Shown here in pieces: positions 11,723-20,896 of a stretch of DNA of 64,000 nucleotides. The position numbers were made by a program, and so were the translations under genes. The stretch is from Candidatus Binatia bacterium (GTDB lineage: Bacteria; Desulfobacterota; Binatia; UBA9968; JAJDTQ01), in contig OY762897.2 in assembly GCA_963666515.2 (NCBI GenBank), positions 1,728,001-1,792,000 of the forward strand, in the 5' to 3' direction. Under the pieces are notes generated by a model, which saw nothing but the letters and a program-made list of their open reading frames with translations, was not told where the DNA came from and searched no databases. Numbering within the stretch: the stretch's first letter is position 1; each line of letters opens with the position of its first letter.

Positions 11723-11998
11723 ATGAGCATTACGTATTCGGCTTACGACGCCAAGGCACGGTTCTCCGAGGTCCTCCGGCAGGTGCGCGATGGGAAGACG
11801 GTCACGGTTTCCTACCGAGGAACGCCCGTGGCCGAGATTCGCGCTCTCCGCGAACCGCCGGGAACCATCGAAGCACGCCTTGACGATCTCCAACGGCAGG
11901 GAATCCTGGTTGGTTCCGGCGAACCCAGGAAGCCCATGAAGCCGCTGAAACGAAGCCCCGGCGCTCTCAAGCGGTTTCTCGCCGAGCGCGGTGAATGA
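11723..11998 (+). CDS. Phd/YefM family antitoxin
   Basis: SAYDAKARFSEVL...VTVSYRGTPVAEI signature; stop overlaps the toxin start. Confidence 0.88.
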   Translation: MSITYSAYDAKARFSEVLRQVRDGKTVTVSYRGTPVAEIRALREPPGTIEARLDDLQRQGILVGSGEPRKPMKPLKRSPGALKRFLAERGE

Positions 11999-12375
11999 GC
12001 GTCGCCTACGTCGATACGTCCGCCCTCGTGGCTGTTGCCTTCGACGAGCGCGGTGCGGCTGCCTGTTCTCGAAAGCTTGACACGTTTTCCCGTCTCGTGT
12101 CCTCGAACTTGCTCGAAGCCGAACTGCGTGCGGTATTCGCACGCGAGAAACACCGATTCACTCCGAGCATAGTCTCCGGCATCGAGTGGGTGCTCCCGGA
12201 CCGGCCGCTGACTCACGAGTTCGAGACCGTGCTCAACGCAGGCTACCTTCGGGGCGCCGACCTGTGGCACGTAGCGACGGCCCTCTACGTCACGCCGGAG
12301 CCGGGAGAGATCTCATTCATTACGCTCGACCGCCGGCAACGCAACGTTGCCATGGCGCTCGGCTTCCAGGTCTGA
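11995..12375 (+). CDS. PIN-domain (VapC) toxin
   Basis: YVDTSALV, EAEL, LRGADLWHVATA, FITLDRRQ. Confidence 0.88.
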   Translation: MSVAYVDTSALVAVAFDERGAAACSRKLDTFSRLVSSNLLEAELRAVFAREKHRFTPSIVSGIEWVLPDRPLTHEFETVLNAGYLRGADLWHVATALYVTPEPGEISFITLDRRQRNVAMALGFQV

Positions 12376-12491
12376 AACGGCTGACGCAAGGTCGGTTTGA
12401 ACCCACCGGTCCCCGCTGCCGGTGCCGATTCGATTGACAACCCCATGGGGATTTGTCATGGACGGACATAGCCCGCCCACAGGAGGTCATC

Positions 12492-13814
12492 ATGGCATAC
12501 AGCGCCAAGGGTCGTACCAAGGACTTTCCCGTCTTCGACTGCGACAGCCACATCTACGAGCCCCCGGAGGTCTGGGACAAGTACATTCCCGAGCGCCATC
12601 GGGCGTTCGCCAAGACGCATTTCTACCGGGACGCCGACCAGCTCGTGCTGGTGCGGAACTCGCGCATCAGTTTCCGCAGCCCAAACGACTGGAAGTATCC
12701 GGCTGAGACGTGGCACCCGGGCCTGACCAAGGATGAGATCGGCAGCGTCCAGCCCGGCACCCCGGAATGGGACAAGAAAATCGGCCGCAACGCCAGCGCC
12801 CGGGACCCACACGTGCGGCTCAAGGACATGGACGCGTCGGGCATCGACCAGGTGATGATCTTCCCCTCCACGTTCGTCTACCTGCCGCTGGTGGAGAACG
12901 CCGAGGCCGCGCACCTGTGCGCGCGGGCCTACAACGACTGGGTCTACGACTATTGCGGCGCCGATCGGAAACGGATGTACCCGGCCGCTGTGCTGCCCTT
13001 GCAGGAAGTGGACCGGGCCATCGACGAGTTGCGGCGGGTGGCCAAGCGCGGCTTCAAGTCCGCGCTGGTGCGGCCCATCATCGCGCTGAACCGCTATCCC
13101 ACCTTCCCCGAGTTCGATCCCCTGTGGAAGGAGTTCGAGGAACTCGGCATCGTGCTCGGCATGCACACCTTCCCGTCCCGCGGCGAGGCCATGTCGCCGG
13201 GTCTGGCGGAGCGCATGGGCGCCGACCGCAGGCGCCTTTTCGGCGACGAGGACATCCTGGTCTACTCGCCCGGCCAGTTCGTCGCCAACATCATGCAGGC
13301 CATGGGGTCCAAGCAGGCCGGCGACGCCGCCTACGGCTTCATCGCCGAGGCCATGACCTGGACCGGCGTGGTGCTGATGACCGGCTGGCTGGAGAAGTTC
13401 CCGCGCCTCAAGGTGGCGATCCTGGAGTCCAACTCGAGCTGGCTGCCGCTGGTGCTGGAGAAGGCTGAAGGCTATCTCGACCTCTATCGCCACACCAACG
13501 AGAACATCGGCGACCCCAAGGAGGTCTTCTACAAGAGCTGCCACATCGCCTTCGAGGGCGACGAGGAGATCACCTTCCGGCTGTGGGACCTGTACGAGGA
13601 CATCGGCTTGTGGTCCTCCGACATGCCCCATCTCGACGCCTCCGACGTCTGGGAAGCCATCGACAACATGAACAAGCACAACGTCCCGAAACGCGCCCAG
13701 GAGAAGATGCTGGGCGGCAACGCCCGCCGCCTATACGGCATCGAGCCGGAACTCGTGGTCACCCAGGCGCCGGACGAGTACACGCCCGTCACCATGTCGC
13801 GGTTTGCGTCGTAG
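12492..13814 (+). CDS. Amidohydrolase_2 family protein
   Basis: SD AGGAGG; DCDSH, DMDASGID, AYNDW, GMHT, WSSDMPH. Confidence 0.88.
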   Translation: MAYSAKGRTKDFPVFDCDSHIYEPPEVWDKYIPERHRAFAKTHFYRDADQLVLVRNSRISFRSPNDWKYPAETWHPGLTKDEIGSVQPGTPEWDKKIGRNASARDPHVRLKDMDASGIDQVMIFPSTFVYLPLVENAEAAHLCARAYNDWVYDYCGADRKRMYPAAVLPLQEVDRAIDELRRVAKRGFKSALVRPIIALNRYPTFPEFDPLWKEFEELGIVLGMHTFPSRGEAMSPGLAERMGADRRRLFGDEDILVYSPGQFVANIMQAMGSKQAGDAAYGFIAEAMTWTGVVLMTGWLEKFPRLKVAILESNSSWLPLVLEKAEGYLDLYRHTNENIGDPKEVFYKSCHIAFEGDEEITFRLWDLYEDIGLWSSDMPHLDASDVWEAIDNMNKHNVPKRAQEKMLGGNARRLYGIEPELVVTQAPDEYTPVTMSRFAS

Positions 13815-13853
13815 GGTGCCGATCTAACGTCCCAACACAACGGAACGTGCCCA

Positions 13854-14228
13854 ATGATCTGCGTGATAAACTACAAAATTGAAGACGCTGACGGTGAAGA
13901 TGCTGCCATTTACGACAATCTCCATCACACTCTCGAAGCCCTCAACGCCCGCTCGTTAGAAACGAACCCAGAATTCTCCGCTACTATGCGGTCCCGGTCC
14001 CCATGGGTAGTCCGCATAAAGCAAAAACGAAACGCTTCACGAATACTACTCGAAACAATCCGTATCAGTATCGAACCCCGTTACCTAAATCGTATCTGTC
14101 TGCTTATATCCATCGAACCTGTCTCCTACCGCGTCAACCTCTCGCCGTTCGATGAATTGACCGAGCTTGACGTCACAAGAGCACTGGCTGAGGCGAAAGC
14201 ACAACTCACCCTGGGTTTGGGTCAATGA
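13854..14228 (+). CDS. Hypothetical protein (visibly lower GC; weak Cas2/VapD-like N-terminal pattern)
   Basis: 124-aa ORF filling the gap; composition differs from flanks. Confidence 0.5.
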   Translation: MICVINYKIEDADGEDAAIYDNLHHTLEALNARSLETNPEFSATMRSRSPWVVRIKQKRNASRILLETIRISIEPRYLNRICLLISIEPVSYRVNLSPFDELTELDVTRALAEAKAQLTLGLGQ

Positions 14229-14255
14229 GCAGGCTGGAGATAGCAGGAGAAAGCC

Positions 14256-14672
14256 ATACTTTACATCGCCTTCATCCATAGAGACGGGGACCCCGGTTTC
14301 GGCATCAGCTTTCCCGACTTTCCGGGTTGCGTGTCCGACGGCGAGATGATTGATGAGACGATCCAGCGAGGCGCCAGCGCTCTCGCCTTCCACATCGAGG
14401 GCATGATCGAGGACGGGGAGCCCATTCCAGCGCCGCGGTCCCTTCAGGATATAGAAAGGGACCCAAGCCTTATGGAATGGCGGGAGGGGGCGACTATCTG
14501 TTTCATCCCCGCGGTCATCGACAAAGGGTCACCCCGACGGGTGAATATCTCGCTGGATTACGGTCTCTTGCAGGCCATTGATGACGAGGCCAAGCGGCGC
14601 GGCATGACACGATCCGCGTTTCTTTCCAGCGCGGCCCGAAACGAGATCCAGGAGAGAAATCTCGGCAGATAA
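14256..14672 (+). CDS. hicB: HicB family antitoxin with C-terminal RHH (probable ATA start)
   Basis: In-frame YIAFIHRDGDPGFGISFPDFPGCVSDG upstream of the track's GTG; RVNISL...GMTRSAFL RHH; AGGAG 6 nt before ATA; in-frame TAG at 14241. Confidence 0.8.
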   Translation: MLYIAFIHRDGDPGFGISFPDFPGCVSDGEMIDETIQRGASALAFHIEGMIEDGEPIPAPRSLQDIERDPSLMEWREGATICFIPAVIDKGSPRRVNISLDYGLLQAIDDEAKRRGMTRSAFLSSAARNEIQERNLGR

Positions 14673-14732
14673 ATCAACCACGATCGAGCGAACGCCATGC
14701 CTACCGTGCCATACAGGACGAGCGACTACCTC

Positions 14733-14846
14733 ATGACTTCTCAAGCAATCGTTGAATATCTCTGCTTGGTGCTCGACGACCCCGAAAGCGATGACAAGGA
14801 CTTGCTGATCGCCCTCTACAACCTCGCTGAAGCGACATCCAACTAA
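14733..14846 (+). other. Possible 37-aa small ORF or gene remnant
   Basis: MTSQAIVEYLCLVLDDPESDDKDLLIALYNLAEATSN; protein-like but no clear SD. Confidence 0.25.
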
Positions 14847-15598
14847 CTACCGACCACAGGTCCCAGGTCCGGCATCTCGGACAGGAGCCGGCCATAGCCC
14901 GGGATGGGCTGGCGGAAGCCCAGGCGTAGCTGGGTTTCCCAGCTTCGGGCGGTGAGGGGGTAGATTACCGGCACGCCTACGCTGTTCTCGATGTCTTCGA
15001 GGACGTCCAGGATCTTCCAGGCGGAGCCCAGCAGGTAGAGGGCCTCGGCGCCGGGGTGGCGGCGGAACGACTGCTTGAGGTGCTCGGCGATGTCGGTGGC
15101 CGGGATGTTGGGCACCTCGTGGAACGGTGCGTCCATGCCCTCCATGGCGATGACGGCGAAGCCGGCCTCCCGCAGATACTTGGCGAAGATGTCGTTGAGG
15201 TTGTCGGGCAGGTAGGTGCCGCCGAGCAGCCGCTTGACCCCCAACGCCTTCATGGCGCGGACATGGTTCTGCCCGGAGGTGAACATGGGCACGCCGTACT
15301 TCTCCTCCCAGCCCCGGATCACCCGGCTTTCGCCGTCGAACCCCAGGATCATGAAGGGCGGCGCGCCGAGCACGCGGATCAGGTCAGGCTTCTCACCCAT
15401 GAGGCCCGCGGCCTTGGCCTCGTAGCTGGGGATGGAGCGGGCGAATTCCTCCTCGGTCCCCTCCTGGAAGTCCATGGTGACGTGGACGAGCCGGATGGCC
15501 GGCGGCAGCCGGCGGTCGAGTTCGTTGTCGCCGAGGGTTCCGGTGCGGTTGGTTGGCCAGACGGAGCCCACCACGAATTCACGGTCTTGTGCAGACAT
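14843..15598 (-). CDS. Maleate isomerase/arylmalonate decarboxylase-fold protein lacking all Cys
   Basis: Fold pattern (GVP.FTS, AMKALGVKR, C-terminal PGYGRLL); catalytic positions read LGAPP and LLGSAW. Confidence 0.8.
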   Translation of the reverse strand: MSAQDREFVVGSVWPTNRTGTLGDNELDRRLPPAIRLVHVTMDFQEGTEEEFARSIPSYEAKAAGLMGEKPDLIRVLGAPPFMILGFDGESRVIRGWEEKYGVPMFTSGQNHVRAMKALGVKRLLGGTYLPDNLNDIFAKYLREAGFAVIAMEGMDAPFHEVPNIPATDIAEHLKQSFRRHPGAEALYLLGSAWKILDVLEDIENSVGVPVIYPLTARSWETQLRLGFRQPIPGYGRLLSEMPDLGPVVGS

Positions 15599-15647
15599 GT
15601 CCGTTCAGTCCTCGTACGGCAGGTGGGACTCGTCAGGGTTCCCCAGC

Positions 15648-16070
15648 CTACTCGCGCGGCAACTCGTAGCTGATCATCCAGCCGATGCCGAACCGGTCGG
15701 TCCAACTGCCGAAGTAGGAACCCCAAAAGGTCTCCTGCATCGGCATCGTGACCGTGCCTCCCTCCGAGAGTCTCGCAAAAACCTCGTCGCAGTGCTCCCT
15801 GCTCTCACCGTCGATGGATATCGCGAAGTTGGTGCCCTGAACCGGAAGCGGACCGAAGGTCGAGATGCTGTCGCTTCCCATCAGAACGCCCGATCCAACG
15901 GGCAATGCGACGTGCATGACGAGGTCCTTCTCCTCCTCCGCCACGTTCATGTCCGGCGGCCCGTCGCCGAAGGTCTGCAGAGTCTGGTACTCGCCGCCGA
16001 AGACCGAGCGGTACAACTCGAACGCCTCCCGGCAATTGCCGTCGAAGAAGAGATAGGTATTGAGCGACAT
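15648..16070 (-). CDS. VOC/PhnB family protein
   Basis: YLFFDGNCREAFELY, VMHVAL, MPMQETFWG, DRFGIGW. Confidence 0.9.
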   Translation of the reverse strand: MSLNTYLFFDGNCREAFELYRSVFGGEYQTLQTFGDGPPDMNVAEEEKDLVMHVALPVGSGVLMGSDSISTFGPLPVQGTNFAISIDGESREHCDEVFARLSEGGTVTMPMQETFWGSYFGSWTDRFGIGWMISYELPRE

Positions 16071-16085
16071 TGTAAATCTCCCCTG

Positions 16086-17216
16086 CTAGAACCCGTACAA
16101 CCGCGCCGGGTTGCCATCCAGGATCGCGCTCTTGCCCGACTCGCTCACGTCGTCCCGCTCCAGCAGCGTTTTGGCGGCGAAGCGCTCACGGTCCGAGTGG
16201 GGCATGTCGGAGCCGAAGACGATCTGGCCCTCCCCCACCAAGTCCAGGACCTGGGGCAGCAGGCTGTCCTCGACCTCGGCGCTCCAGTACAGGTTGCCGC
16301 TGCGGACGTAGGCGTCGGGCTCGGCCGCGGCGTTGACCTTGATTTCGGGATAGAGGTCCGCCATGGTCCGGGCGTAGGGGAAGCGGTGGTTGAGGCGGTC
16401 TAGGACGAAGGGTATCCACAGGCAGCCGCCCTCCAGGAAGACGACCCGGAGGTTGGGGAACCGGTCGAGCAGACCGCCGGTCATGAAGGCGACGAACCCC
16501 ATCATCAGCGGCATGAGGAACGCCGTGATCCACGACGGGTAGAGGTCGCTGTAGAGGTTGTTGAACGACGGCCAGGACCAGCCCACGTGCACCCCCAGGG
16601 TCAGGTCCGACTCCGCCATGGCCTCGTAGAAAGGCAGCAGCGCGGGGTCGTCGAGCATGCGGTCGCCGGCGGTGCCCAGCACCATGATCGCCGAGGCGCC
16701 GAGGCTCCTGGCCTCCTGCACCACGCGCACGGCCCCGGCGGCGTCGTCCAGGTTGACCACGCCGGCCCACTTGAGCCGCTCGTTGCCGGAGAGCGTGTCG
16801 CCCATCCAGCGGTTGTACGACGAGCACAGCGCGGTGGCGAGGGCCGGGTCGGAGGCCAGCGGATAGGCGAGAAAAAGCGTCGGATAGATGACCTGGACGT
16901 CGATGTTCTCGGCGTCCAGGGCCTCGATGCGGGCCTTCACGTCCGTCAGTTCCTGGCTGTCCAGGCTGTCGAGGAGTTCCCCCTCGATGAACGCGCCGAG
17001 CCGGGTGGGCTTGCCGTTCACACGGGCCGGCGTGCTCAGGTTGTTGCAGCCGGTGCCCGCTCGCCGCGGGAAGACCTGATCGTCGATCTTCCAGCAGGAG
17101 CGCTCCTCCGACGTCACGATCACGGGTCGCCGGGAACGGAACCCCGGGTCCAGGTATCTGTCGTCGAACGTCGCGGGATGCTCGTTCACGTGACCGTCTG
17201 CGTCGATGACTCGCAT
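16086..17216 (-). CDS. Amidohydrolase_2 family protein (tandem copy 2)
   Basis: DADGH, YNRW, GVHVG, FGSDMPH; 376 aa. Confidence 0.9.
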   Translation of the reverse strand: MRVIDADGHVNEHPATFDDRYLDPGFRSRRPVIVTSEERSCWKIDDQVFPRRAGTGCNNLSTPARVNGKPTRLGAFIEGELLDSLDSQELTDVKARIEALDAENIDVQVIYPTLFLAYPLASDPALATALCSSYNRWMGDTLSGNERLKWAGVVNLDDAAGAVRVVQEARSLGASAIMVLGTAGDRMLDDPALLPFYEAMAESDLTLGVHVGWSWPSFNNLYSDLYPSWITAFLMPLMMGFVAFMTGGLLDRFPNLRVVFLEGGCLWIPFVLDRLNHRFPYARTMADLYPEIKVNAAAEPDAYVRSGNLYWSAEVEDSLLPQVLDLVGEGQIVFGSDMPHSDRERFAAKTLLERDDVSESGKSAILDGNPARLYGF

Positions 17217-17248
17217 GGGTGTAGCCTTTGCCGATTCCGAGGTCCCGC

Positions 17249-18379
17249 TCAGAACCCGTACAGCCGCGCGGGGTTGCCCTCCAGGATCGCGTTCTTGCCG
17301 GATTCGCTCACGTCGTCCCGCTCGCGCAGCGTCTTGGCGGCGTAGCGCTCCCGGTCGGAGTGGGGCATGTCGGAGCCGAAAACGATCTGGCCCTCCCCCA
17401 CCAGGTCCATGACCTGGGGCAGCATGTCGTCCTCCACCTCCGCGCTCCAGTACAGGTTGCCGCGCTTCAGGTATTCATTGGGCTCGACCGCGGCGTTGAC
17501 GTTGATCTGCGGGTAGAGGTTCGCCAGCCGGTGGGCATGCGGGTAGCGGTGGTTGAGGCGGTCGAGGACGAACGGGATCCAAAGGCAGCCCGCCTCCAGG
17601 AAGACCACCCGAAGGTTCGGGAACCGGTCCAGGAGGCCGCCGGTCATGAAGGCGACGAACCCCATCAGGAGCGGCATGGTGAACGCGGTGATCCAGGAGG
17701 GGTAAAGCTCGCTGTAGAGGTTGTTGAGCGACGGGCACGACCAGCCCACGTGCACCCCCAGGGTCAGGTCCGTCTCCGCCATGGCCTCGTAGAACGGCAG
17801 GAACATGGGGTTGTCCAGCATATGGTCGCCCGCGGTCCCCAGCACCATGATGCTCGAGGCGCCGAGGCTCTTGGCCTCGTAGACCGCCTGCACGGCCGAA
17901 GGGACGTCTTCCAGGTTGACCACGCCGGCCCACTTGAGACGGTCGCTCCCCGAGAGCGTGTCGCCCAGCCAGCGGTTGTACGACGAACACAGGGCCGACA
18001 TGAGGGCGGGCTCGGTGGTCAGCGGATAAGCCAGGAAGAGCGTCGGATAGATGACCTGGACGTCGATGTCCTCGGCGTCCATGGCCTCCAGGCGGGCATT
18101 GAGATCCGTCAGCTCCTGGCTGTCCAGGCTGTCCAGGTTCTTGCCCTCGATCAGCGCGCCGTGCCTGGTGGGCTTGCCGTCTACCCTGGCCGGGGTGCTG
18201 AAGTTGTTGCACCCGGCACCCGAACGCCGCGGCACCACCTGCTCGCCGATCATCCAGTAGAACATGCCCCCCGAACCGACGATGGCCGGCCGCCGGGACC
18301 GGAACGCCGGGTCCATGTACTTGTCGTCAAAGGTCGCGGGGCACTCGTTTACATGTCCGTCTGCATCGATGACTCGCAT
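17249..18379 (-). CDS. Amidohydrolase_2 family protein (tandem copy 1)
   Basis: Same motifs and length as neighbour; clearly paralogous. Confidence 0.9.
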   Translation of the reverse strand: MRVIDADGHVNECPATFDDKYMDPAFRSRRPAIVGSGGMFYWMIGEQVVPRRSGAGCNNFSTPARVDGKPTRHGALIEGKNLDSLDSQELTDLNARLEAMDAEDIDVQVIYPTLFLAYPLTTEPALMSALCSSYNRWLGDTLSGSDRLKWAGVVNLEDVPSAVQAVYEAKSLGASSIMVLGTAGDHMLDNPMFLPFYEAMAETDLTLGVHVGWSCPSLNNLYSELYPSWITAFTMPLLMGFVAFMTGGLLDRFPNLRVVFLEAGCLWIPFVLDRLNHRYPHAHRLANLYPQINVNAAVEPNEYLKRGNLYWSAEVEDDMLPQVMDLVGEGQIVFGSDMPHSDRERYAAKTLRERDDVSESGKNAILEGNPARLYGF

Positions 18380-18552
18380 AGCCGTTACCCATTGCCGATT
18401 TCGCCATTCAAGTCAAGACGAAGCCCGCGTTGGCCTGTATCGGGGCCTCACCAAGGACATCGCGCTCAAATAGCAACGCTACTCTCCTCGCCCTTTTCGG
18501 TCTCATGCTATCGTGTTACGCTCCGGGCCATCATCGCGAGCCGGGAGGACCC

Positions 18553-19287
18553 ATGCAGCTCATCGAGCGCTTGTTCAACAAGGAGGACCACGGCGTAGCC
18601 GGATTTCTGGCCCATCCGCAACGGACGGAGCCGGGGCCGGCGCTGCTGCTGATCCACCCCAAGGGCGGGTTGACGGACTACATCAAGATCGAGGCGCGCA
18701 AGTTCGCCGCCCTGGGCTACAGCACCTTTGCGCCCAACGTCTTCGAGCAACTGGGATATCCGGAGCCCACGCACATCGTCTCCGGCGGCGAGATCCAGGC
18801 CAAGACCTCCGACGACCAGTTCGACGCCGCGCTGACAGAGAGCTGGCGCTTCCTGCTTTCCCAGCCCCACGTGGACAACAAGCGGGTGGCGGTGTCCGGC
18901 TACTGCATGGGCGGCAGGATCGCCATCAACTTCGTCGCGGCAACGCCGGAGGTGCGGGCGTTCGTGGGCTACTACCCTACTGTGCGGGACGAGCCTCCCA
19001 CGGACATGCGGCCCATCCCGCCCTGGGAGAAGGCCAAGGTCATCCGCTGTCCTTCCATCAACCTCTACGGCGCGGACGACGTGGTCACCAACATCGCGGT
19101 CCAGGACAGGATGATGTACGCGTTCCGGGAGAACGGCCAGCCGCTGGAATGGCATTTCTTTCCGTTCGGCGGCCACGGGTTCGTGGACCCGGGCGCGGTG
19201 GGCTACCACGCCCATGCCGCGGAGCTGGCCTGGCCCATGGTGGTGGACTTCATGGAGCGCGAGCTCCAGTGGGCGCCCGAGCCCTGA
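18553..19287 (+). CDS. Dienelactone hydrolase family protein
   Basis: SD GGAGG; GYCMGG nucleophile motif, GADD, GHGF. Confidence 0.9.
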   Translation: MQLIERLFNKEDHGVAGFLAHPQRTEPGPALLLIHPKGGLTDYIKIEARKFAALGYSTFAPNVFEQLGYPEPTHIVSGGEIQAKTSDDQFDAALTESWRFLLSQPHVDNKRVAVSGYCMGGRIAINFVAATPEVRAFVGYYPTVRDEPPTDMRPIPPWEKAKVIRCPSINLYGADDVVTNIAVQDRMMYAFRENGQPLEWHFFPFGGHGFVDPGAVGYHAHAAELAWPMVVDFMERELQWAPEP

Positions 19288-19306
19288 ACACCGGAAAGGA
19301 GCCTTC

Positions 19307-19801
19307 ATGGCCCGGTTCGTATCGGACAGCCTCCCCGACGATGCCTTGGCGCTGTTGCGGCCCGGCAACCTTGACGAGAAGCGGAATCGCGTGGTCCAGA
19401 TCATCACCGTGGACGAAGAAGGATGGGCCAATGCGGGCATGTTGAGCTACGCCGACGTCATCGCCAAGGACGGCGGAAGCCTCAATCTCGCAACCTGGGG
19501 TGACGGGGAATGCGCCGCTGACCTGCGGCGAAACGGCCGCATTACCCTGCTGGTCATCGACGACGATATGGCCTATTACGTCAAAGGCCGCGCCTCGGAA
19601 GTTCAGGTCTCCGGAGAGGCGCTCACGGACGCGAACGACACCGGCGGCCATTCCACCCTGGCCTATTTCCACGTCACCGTTCAGGGGGTATTCGAGGACC
19701 GGGTCCCGACGGCCAAGGTTCTGGGCGGCGTCATCTTCGAGGGCACTGAATCCGAGCAGATCGCGCACGACGCCATCCTGAAGAAGCTCGCCTCCATCTA
19801 G
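19307..19801 (+). CDS. Pyridoxamine 5'-phosphate oxidase-like split-barrel protein
   Basis: SD AAGGAG; ITVDEEGWA and LRRNGRITL patterns. Confidence 0.7.
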   Translation: MARFVSDSLPDDALALLRPGNLDEKRNRVVQIITVDEEGWANAGMLSYADVIAKDGGSLNLATWGDGECAADLRRNGRITLLVIDDDMAYYVKGRASEVQVSGEALTDANDTGGHSTLAYFHVTVQGVFEDRVPTAKVLGGVIFEGTESEQIAHDAILKKLASI

Positions 19802-19834
19802 CGTGATCTCTCAGTGTGATCTGGTCCGCGGTCC

Positions 19835-20779
19835 ATGTCTCATCGAGTCTCCTTCGGAGTGACCCCGATCCAGACCGGAGTCGACTTCGCCCATATCCGT
19901 GACGTGGTCCTCCTGGCGGAGGAGTTGGGCTACGACTCGGTGTGGCTGAACGACCACTTTTTCACGTCCAGGTTCTTCCACCCGCTGCCGCCGCCCACCG
20001 CCCCGTTCTACGAGTCCTGGGTGACCCTCTCCGCGCTGGCAGCGCTGACCGGCCGCGTCCGCATCGGCACCCTCTGCTCCAACGTGTCGTTCCGCAATCC
20101 CGCGCTGCTGGCCAAGATGGCCGCGTGCCTGGACGTCATCAGCGGCGGACGGCTGGAGTTGGGCCTGGGCGCCGGCTGGTTCGAAGAGGAGCACACAGCG
20201 TACGGTTTTCCGTTCCCGGACATGGCGCAGCGGGCGCAGCAGTTGACCGAGGCGGTATCCATCATCAAGCGCATGTGGAGCGAGGAGACGGTCACCTTCG
20301 ACGGCAAGTGGTTCCGCACGGAAAACGCCTATTGCAGCCCCAAGCCGCTCCAGTCGCCCCGCCCGCCCATCACCATCGGCGCCCGCGGCTCGCGGACGAT
20401 GCTGAAGGCGGCGGCCCGGTGCGCCGACCGGTGGAACATCCAGACGCCCATCAGCCCGGCGCAGTACCAGAGGAAACTCGCGTTCCTCGAAAGGCACTGT
20501 GAAGAGGCCGGACGCGACCCCGGCGAAATCGGACGCTCGCTGTGGGCGGGTACGGTCATCGGCCGGGACCCGGAGGATTTCGCCCGTGCCGCCGAGGCCC
20601 TGGAGTTGCCGCATACGACGTATCTGGACGCTCGAATCTCGGGAACTCCCGAAGAGTGCGTCCGGCGCATAGAGGCATTCGTGGACCTTGGCGTCACCGA
20701 GTTCATCCACTACTTTACGTTCGAAGAGCTCGCCAGTGTGGAACTGTTTGCAACGCACGTCATACCGGCGTTCCGGTAA
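19835..20779 (+). CDS. LLM-class oxidoreductase, possibly F420-dependent
   Basis: AEELGYDSVWLNDH, RNPALLAKMAA.LD.ISGGRLELGLGAGW. Confidence 0.88.
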   Translation: MSHRVSFGVTPIQTGVDFAHIRDVVLLAEELGYDSVWLNDHFFTSRFFHPLPPPTAPFYESWVTLSALAALTGRVRIGTLCSNVSFRNPALLAKMAACLDVISGGRLELGLGAGWFEEEHTAYGFPFPDMAQRAQQLTEAVSIIKRMWSEETVTFDGKWFRTENAYCSPKPLQSPRPPITIGARGSRTMLKAAARCADRWNIQTPISPAQYQRKLAFLERHCEEAGRDPGEIGRSLWAGTVIGRDPEDFARAAEALELPHTTYLDARISGTPEECVRRIEAFVDLGVTEFIHYFTFEELASVELFATHVIPAFR

Positions 20780-20811
20780 CCCGTCAGAGTTGGGCTGCGG
20801 AAGACGATGTT

Positions 20812-20836
20812 GTAGGGGCGGGTTTCAAACCCGTCC
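20812..20836. repeat. GTAG-type REP (family B)
   Basis: GTAGGGGCGGGTTTCAAACCCGTCC; near-identical inverted copy at ~34257-34283. Confidence 0.75.
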
Positions 20837-20896
20837 GCGTCGCGTTGCCGGTTGATCCAAACTCGCGGATTCAGGATTCTTTGAGGAGAGTACGCA

